A stretch of 32,000 bases of DNA from Promethearchaeum syntrophicum (GTDB lineage: Archaea; Asgardarchaeota; Lokiarchaeia; Sigyniarchaeales; Promethearchaeaceae). The translations under genes and the position numbers were made by a program. The notes below the pieces were generated by a model, which saw nothing but the letters and a program-made list of their open reading frames with translations, was not told where the DNA came from and searched no databases. Positions 26,987 through 32,000 of the stretch are shown piece by piece; the first letter of the stretch is position 1, and every line of letters starts with the position of its first letter. The stretch lies in NCBI RefSeq assembly GCF_008000775.2, contig NZ_CP042905.2, positions 480,001 through 512,000 of the forward strand, read 5' to 3'.

Positions 26987-28132
26987 TCAATATTTTTGGC
27001 TTATTTTTTTCTTAAAAATTGAAATAAATTCAGAAATTTTCGATTTTTTCTCTTTCTTGTCTTTTCTCTTCAATTTTATGTTTGCTTTTACCATTGTCCT
27101 ATTAGGATCCATTTCCAGTAAAGCAGATGTAATTGCTTCATTGATTGAAGTCTTAAATTCAAACCCCAAATTTTGAATTTTTTCTGTGCTATACGTAATT
27201 GTCCTACCTAAATAATTGAGAGCTGCTTCAGAGAAAATAGTTTGAATCAATACATTCCGTTTTGCAATTTTTCTGATAACAATTAGGAATGGGATGAATA
27301 ATTTAAACAACCAATATGGCATTGATATTTTCGGAGGTTTTCTATAATAATATGCACAAAAATATTCAAATATTTCTTTATATGACACCGGAGCTCCAAC
27401 AATATTAAATACTTCACCTGAGATATTATCAAATTTTGTTAAGAACACTACAGCTCGAGCAATATCACGTGAGGCTGTTAAAGAAAATGTATCTTTTCCC
27501 TTATCAATTAATTTCGGAACGGGTAATGGTAAAACTTTAACTAATGAAGGAATTATTATGCGATCTCTTGGACCACCAATTGGACCTAAGCGAGTAACAA
27601 CAAAATTCTTCTTCAAATATTTTTTAGAAAATTTCCTCACACAATTTTCAGCAATTCTCTTTGTAACTGCGTAATAATTGTCTTTCTGTGGATTAATATC
27701 TCCGATAGGCGAAGTTTCATCGAATACTTGAATTTTCTCTTTATTTAGATACCCTTTATATACACTAATCGAGCTAGCATAAAAAAACCATTGTGCTTTT
27801 GAGGAAACAAATGCATCGAGCATATTATCTGTTCCTGTGCAATTTGGGGGGAATAATTCTTGAAAGGTGCTATATTGATTTACGTTGGCTGCAAAATGAA
27901 ACACATACATTATTTCATAATTTTTCATAATATTCTGTATCGTTTCAAAATCGAGAAGATCCCCTTCTTCAATCTGGACCCCGAGTTTTTTAAGAAATTC
28001 TGCTTTTTTTAAATCCCTAACCAAACAAATTATATCTGATGGTTTAGAAACTCCCAATTGATGGGTTTCAATTAGATATTCGGCGAGCTGACTGCCCGTT
28101 TGACCCGTAGCTCCCGTAATAAAAATTGACAT
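26987..28132 (-). CDS. Extended SDR / NAD-dependent epimerase, 3beta-hydroxysteroid dehydrogenase-like
   Basis: FITGATGQTGSQLAEYL Rossmann motif, FHFAANV, YYAVTKRIAE (YxxxK), VTRLGPIGGPRD. ATG at 28132 preferred to the TTG at 28153. Confidence 0.85.
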   Translation of the reverse strand: MSIFITGATGQTGSQLAEYLIETHQLGVSKPSDIICLVRDLKKAEFLKKLGVQIEEGDLLDFETIQNIMKNYEIMYVFHFAANVNQYSTFQELFPPNCTGTDNMLDAFVSSKAQWFFYASSISVYKGYLNKEKIQVFDETSPIGDINPQKDNYYAVTKRIAENCVRKFSKKYLKKNFVVTRLGPIGGPRDRIIIPSLVKVLPLPVPKLIDKGKDTFSLTASRDIARAVVFLTKFDNISGEVFNIVGAPVSYKEIFEYFCAYYYRKPPKISMPYWLFKLFIPFLIVIRKIAKRNVLIQTIFSEAALNYLGRTITYSTEKIQNLGFEFKTSINEAITSALLEMDPNRTMVKANIKLKRKDKKEKKSKISEFISIFKKKISQKY

Positions 28133-28168
28133 TTCAGTAAGATCCTTTCTCAAAACTATTTGTTCTCT

Positions 28169-28205
28169 TTATGTAGAGTTCATAATCTTATGTAGGTCTA
28201 CATAA
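28169..28205. promoter_or_regulatory. Tandem near-palindromic sites in divergent intergenic region (candidate operator)
   Basis: TTATGTAG-GT-CTACATAA at 28188-28205 (perfect 8-bp arms, 2-bp spacer) and a second TTATGTAG-AG-TTCATAA at 28169-28185; left arms repeat at 19-bp offset. Confidence 0.45.
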
Positions 28206-28286
28206 ATTGAAGATAATTTCAAATGTATTTATCTAATATATTATTTAATAATTAATTGTATTCTTTTTTCTATTAAATTAGAATAA

Positions 28287-29063
28287 GTGAGAAAAATGAT
28301 TAATTTCAGTGAAAATATCTTCTGGAATATTTTGTGGTACGTTTTAATTTCAATAGGAGTAATTGTCTTTATTATTCTCTTTTTTGTTAGTGCGGGATAC
28401 GGACGATATAATACTAAAAAATGGGGGCCACAAATCGATAACACCCTAGGATGGGTGATTATGGAATGTGTTCCTCCAATTATTTTCTTAACTTTCTTTA
28501 TCATTGGTGACAGACAATCAAATATGCCTGCACGTATTTTCCTACTTATTTGGGAAATTCATTATATTCACCGGGCGTTTATTTATCCATTTAAAATAAA
28601 AGGAAAAAAGCAAATCCCTATTTTAATTGTGATAATGGGTATGGTATTTAATGGTTTTAACGGATATATTCAAGGAAGATTTTTATTTCAATTATCTCCA
28701 ATATATTCGAATAATTGGTTTCTCACTCCGATGTTTATTACAGGAACTTTGATTTTCCTGTTTGGATTTATAATTAACTTGAATTCTGATCATATTTTGC
28801 GAAATTTACGAAAACCCGGAGAAGTAGGATATAAAATTCCCTATAATAGCTTTTTTAAATGGGTTTCATGCCCAAATTACTTAGGAGAATTGCTTGAATG
28901 GATAGGTTGGGCAATCCTCACTTGGTCCTTCGCAGGTTTATTCTTTTTCCTGTGGACAGCAGCGAATTTAGTTCCTAGAGCCTATTCCCATCATAAATGG
29001 TATCTAGCAAAATTTCCTGATTACCCAAAAAATCGCAAAGCTATTTTCCCTTATGTATTTTAA
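28287..29063 (+). CDS. 3-oxo-5-alpha-steroid 4-dehydrogenase (SRD5A1/2-like) family membrane reductase
   Basis: VSAGYGRYN, HYIHRAFIYPF, FNGYIQGRF, NLNSDHILRNLRKPGEVGYKIPYNSFFKWVSCPNYLGELLEWIGWAILTWS...PRAYSHHKWYLAKFPDYPKNRKAIFPYVF: the full SRD5A C-terminal signature. Confidence 0.92.
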   Translation: MRKMINFSENIFWNILWYVLISIGVIVFIILFFVSAGYGRYNTKKWGPQIDNTLGWVIMECVPPIIFLTFFIIGDRQSNMPARIFLLIWEIHYIHRAFIYPFKIKGKKQIPILIVIMGMVFNGFNGYIQGRFLFQLSPIYSNNWFLTPMFITGTLIFLFGFIINLNSDHILRNLRKPGEVGYKIPYNSFFKWVSCPNYLGELLEWIGWAILTWSFAGLFFFLWTAANLVPRAYSHHKWYLAKFPDYPKNRKAIFPYVF

Positions 29064-29071
29064 ATAACTAT

Positions 29072-30412
29072 ATGGGAAAACAAGGAAATCCAATTGAGTA
29101 TCGCGTTCTTTTATGTCGATACAATGAAATCGGATTAAAATCACTCCCGTATCAGAAGAAATTGTTAACTTTTCTTGTTGAAGACATTAAAAAAATATGT
29201 TTACGTGAAGATTTAACATTACAATCAGTGTTAACGTTATCAGGTCGGTTAATATTCTTTTTTCCCTCAAATCAAATTCCCAAAGCCATCACCGTATTTC
29301 GTCATATTATTGGTGTTCAATCGATTTCCCCTGCATTAAGTGTAGAGAGGAAATATGAAAAATTGAAACACAAATTCGTTTCTTATGCATTATCCCTACT
29401 GAAAGATGGAGATTCTTTTAAAATCAACTTTAAAACTGCTGTTTCATATGCAATTAAGGAGTCTGACCTAAAATATGATTTATCTCATGAAATTATAAAA
29501 AGTATGAAACAATCTGGACGTTTTGTTAAAATTGTCCAAAAAAACCCGCAATATCAATTCAGTATCGAAATTCGTGAAAAGGGAGTTTATATTTACGCAT
29601 TTTCAATACCCACCCTTTTTGCTGGATTTCCAATTGAAACAAAAAATTCTTTATTATGTTTATGGAACAACGTAGAATATGATTTAATTGCAGCTATGAT
29701 GTTAGTTAGACGGGGTTCGATTGTAAGTCCGGTCATTTTTCATAGAGATATTTCATCCGATTCTTATAAAATACCCTCTAATTCAAGAAATTCTTTAGAA
29801 ATTATTGCACGTTATTATTCTCATCCGATTCCAATCCATATTTTCTCCCTTCTAGAAATTGAAGAGGAAATTTCTGGATTATTAAAACCAAATCAGGATA
29901 TTGAACAATATATTGAGTTTGCAACTATGAAAATATTAGATATTTTGATGCTTCAAAGTAGGAAAGAGAGTGTTTATACTTACAATAATCGAAATTTACA
30001 TTATAGGGGATTAATATCTTCAAATTCTTTATTGGATTCAAACTTCTTTTCAAATATAAAAAAATTTCAAATTTTACTTTTTACTCCGTTATCTGGTTTA
30101 ACCCCTAAATTCATTCAGAAAATTTCAGACCAATTATTCAAATCAAATGAGATTTTTGATATGAATTCACTGATACAAGGAAATACGAATTATTTCTCAT
30201 TCAATGAGGAGATAATCAAGTCAATTTCAATTAATATATCCAATATTTTAGAAGAAAATGAATCTTACCAACAAAAAATTACTAAAGATATCTCAAACTA
30301 TGCAGAATTACAAGAATTCTTCAAGAATTCAGAAAATCAGAAATTTTTAATTAAAATGATCGAAAATCATAACGTTGAATATATTTCTGGTAGATTTTTT
30401 TCAAAATTTTAG
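29072..30412 (+). CDS. ThiI-like protein (ferredoxin-like + THUMP + degenerate PP-loop domain)
   Basis: YRVLLCRYNEIGLKS...KKLLTFLVEDIKKICL, VFRHIIGVQSISPA, THUMP-like EIREKGVYIYAF; at the PP-loop position NSLLCLWNNVEYDLIAAMMLVRRGSIVSPVIFHRD lacks SGGxDS. Confidence 0.75.
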   Translation: MGKQGNPIEYRVLLCRYNEIGLKSLPYQKKLLTFLVEDIKKICLREDLTLQSVLTLSGRLIFFFPSNQIPKAITVFRHIIGVQSISPALSVERKYEKLKHKFVSYALSLLKDGDSFKINFKTAVSYAIKESDLKYDLSHEIIKSMKQSGRFVKIVQKNPQYQFSIEIREKGVYIYAFSIPTLFAGFPIETKNSLLCLWNNVEYDLIAAMMLVRRGSIVSPVIFHRDISSDSYKIPSNSRNSLEIIARYYSHPIPIHIFSLLEIEEEISGLLKPNQDIEQYIEFATMKILDILMLQSRKESVYTYNNRNLHYRGLISSNSLLDSNFFSNIKKFQILLFTPLSGLTPKFIQKISDQLFKSNEIFDMNSLIQGNTNYFSFNEEIIKSISINISNILEENESYQQKITKDISNYAELQEFFKNSENQKFLIKMIENHNVEYISGRFFSKF

Positions 30413-30634
30413 CTTCAAAAGGGATTTCCATCAATTTTTTGGATGCAAGTTTATTTTAATAGTAAAAAACAGTAAATAAAACAATTATTTATTAAGACAA
30501 TTATAGTACCAGTTTACTACACGCACTATAAAAAAAATATAGGAAGATTTAATGAACCTCTTTCAAAAATAAGTAAATACCTATATAATAAATACCCTCT
30601 TGGAGGATCAATATGAACCAAGGAAGTGGAACCA

Positions 30635-31615
30635 ATGAAATATAGAAAAATGGGAAAAACAGGGTTAAAATTAAGTGAAGTTGCTTTAGGCTCTTGGCTA
30701 ACTTTAGGAGGTAGTGTAGAGCGCGAAAAATCGAAGAAATGCATTCAAACTGCCATTGAAAATGGCGTTAACTATATCGATACAGCCGATGTGTATTCTG
30801 GGGGAGAGGCTGAAAAATTAATTGGAGAATTTCTGGCTGAAGAAACCGTAGATCGCAAAAATCTGGTAATTGCCTCCAAAGTCTATTGGCCGATGGGAGA
30901 AGGACCTAATAATAGAGGATTATCCAGAAAACACATAATGGAATCCATCCAAGGAACATTAGAACGATTAAATACAGATTATATTGATATTTACTTTTGT
31001 CACCGTTTTGATGTCAATACACCGATCAAGGAAATTATTGGGGCAATGGATGATATCGTTAAGTCAGGTCGATCTAATTATTGGGGAACTTCAGTATGGA
31101 CTGCCGCGAAATTGGAAAGAGCCGTAGCGGTTGCTAAAAGTATGAACGCACATCCTCCTCGTGTAGAACAACCCCAATATAATATGCTATCAAGATATAT
31201 TGAAACCGAAGTATTAGAAACAGTGAATCACTTAGGAATGGGGGTAGTAACGTTTTCTCCACTTGCACAAGGGATCCTCACAGGAAAATATAATGATGGT
31301 GTGCCGGAGGGCAGTAGAGGCGGGAGAACTGACTGGCTTAAATGGGACCTAAATGAACCAAATTTAGAAAAAGTTAGAAATCTTATTCCAATAGCAAAAG
31401 AATTAGATATTTCTATGGCTAATTTATCTTTAGCATGGATATTACGATGCAAAGAAATCACGAGTGTCATTACTGGTGCCTCTAAACCTGAACATGTTCT
31501 AGATAATGTAAAAACTACTGAAATTGAGCTCTCACAAGACATAATAGAACGAATTGAAAAAATTTTGGGTAATAAACCTGAGTTACCGGGTATGTATCAA
31601 CCTCCCGATATATAG
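30635..31615 (+). CDS. Aldo/keto reductase (voltage-gated K+ channel beta-subunit-like)
   Basis: MKYRKMGKTGLKLSEVALGSW, GVNYIDTADVYSGGEAEKLIGEFL, LERLNTDYIDIYFCHRFD, GTSVW, EQPQYNMLSR. ATG at 30635 with upstream AGGAAG preferred over the GTG at 30626. Confidence 0.93.
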   Translation: MKYRKMGKTGLKLSEVALGSWLTLGGSVEREKSKKCIQTAIENGVNYIDTADVYSGGEAEKLIGEFLAEETVDRKNLVIASKVYWPMGEGPNNRGLSRKHIMESIQGTLERLNTDYIDIYFCHRFDVNTPIKEIIGAMDDIVKSGRSNYWGTSVWTAAKLERAVAVAKSMNAHPPRVEQPQYNMLSRYIETEVLETVNHLGMGVVTFSPLAQGILTGKYNDGVPEGSRGGRTDWLKWDLNEPNLEKVRNLIPIAKELDISMANLSLAWILRCKEITSVITGASKPEHVLDNVKTTEIELSQDIIERIEKILGNKPELPGMYQPPDI

Positions 31616-31765
31616 CAAAAGTAAGATTCGTCATTTTCCTTTTTTTGTAATTGTTAATATTTTAAAAGAAGTTCTTCATTATTAGCCATTATACAACTAG
31701 AATCACAGAAAAATTTTGGAAGAAAAAAGGAAAAAAAACCTAAAAAAAAAAAGCAAAAATAACTT

Positions 31766-32000
31766 TTAAATTGCCATGGCTTTCTCAATTGCTTTTGTTT
31801 CTTGCTTAATTTGCTTTTCAAGCCCTTTAATTATTGAATTCTGTTCTTTCACCATCTTTTTTAATTCGGAATCCACTGCTTTCAATTTATTTGCTTTTTC
31901 TTTATCATGGATTTTAATATCCTTCTGGTACATAGAATTCTCTGTTTTAAAGGTTGTCTTTGCAAGCTTTAATTCTTCTTTAGCTTTGGCAAGGGCTGCG
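31766..32000 (-). CDS. C-terminal fragment of a charged coiled-coil protein, running off the right window edge
   Basis: My translation of the minus strand: ...AALAKAKEELKLAKTTFKTENSMYQKDIKIHDKEKANKLKAVDSELKKMVKEQNSIIKGLEKQIKQETKAIEKAMAI*; absent from the ORF track because it lacks a start in the window. Confidence 0.65.
   Translation of the reverse strand, partial: AALAKAKEELKLAKTTFKTENSMYQKDIKIHDKEKANKLKAVDSELKKMVKEQNSIIKGLEKQIKQETKAIEKAMAI

Noticed and set aside
29072-30412. Active ThiI 4-thiouridine synthetase
   Set aside because: PP-loop SGGxDS and downstream catalytic-domain motifs are absent, so an active-enzyme annotation is not supported.
30613-30645. Possible leader peptide (ATG...MNQGSGTNEI) with upstream GGAGG before the aldo/keto reductase
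   Set aside because: Overlaps the AKR start in another frame. An alternative AGGAAG site positions well for ATG 30635, so the 10-aa ORF is not convincing without expression data.
31716-31756. A-rich tract (AAAAAAGG AAAAAAAACC CTAAAAAAAAAAA) resembling a tandem repeat
   Set aside because: Homopolymer-rich convergent intergenic sequence, consistent with termination signals on the minus strand and base composition; not a structured repeat.
1-32000. CRISPR array, IS element or prophage
   Set aside because: No regularly spaced direct repeats, no transposase/integrase motifs and no phage structural genes were seen among the ORFs.
1-32000. tRNA/rRNA genes in intergenic regions
   Set aside because: No TpsiC-like GTTCRANNC box with matching acceptor stem was found by eye in the larger gaps checked (5542-5713, 10800-11009, 20747-21035, 30413-30634). 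tRNAscan-SE would be decisive.

Overview
AT-rich archaeal chromosomal window, most likely from an Asgard-type archaeon (inferred from gene content only). About 25 substantial ORFs are closely packed on both strands. I saw no rRNA, tRNA, CRISPR array or transposase. The standout is a canonical-looking ubiquitin-conjugating enzyme (E2/UBC fold) at 20228-20746 (-), with HPN motif, catalytic Cys in NICLD, a post-Cys Trp and a C-terminal 'EWTKKYAM' helix. No E1, ubiquitin-like protein, JAMM protease or RING protein is visible nearby. Other eukaryote-like or unusual items are: a steroid 5-alpha-reductase (SRD5A1/2-type) homologue divergently paired with a 3beta-HSD-like extended SDR, with tandem near-palindromes between them; an SDR resembling plant chlorophyll b reductase (NYC1/NOL); a ThiI-like THUMP protein with degenerate PP-loop; an EF-1A/SelB-like protein with eroded GTPase motifs; an ATC-hydrolase/ProC-like fusion; an untracked 54-aa zinc-ribbon protein; and a beta-class DNA methyltransferase that runs off the left edge. 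The rest is mostly housekeeping: CorA, DsrE-like, RidA, HAD, DEAD-box helicase, DUF167, COG1665-like nucleotidyltransferase, DHH phosphoesterase, cupin, Fe-ADH, EFR1-type flavodoxin/ferredoxin, DUF1624-like acyltransferases and an aldo/keto reductase. I identified no complete multi-gene novel system with confidence. All family calls were made by eye from motifs.
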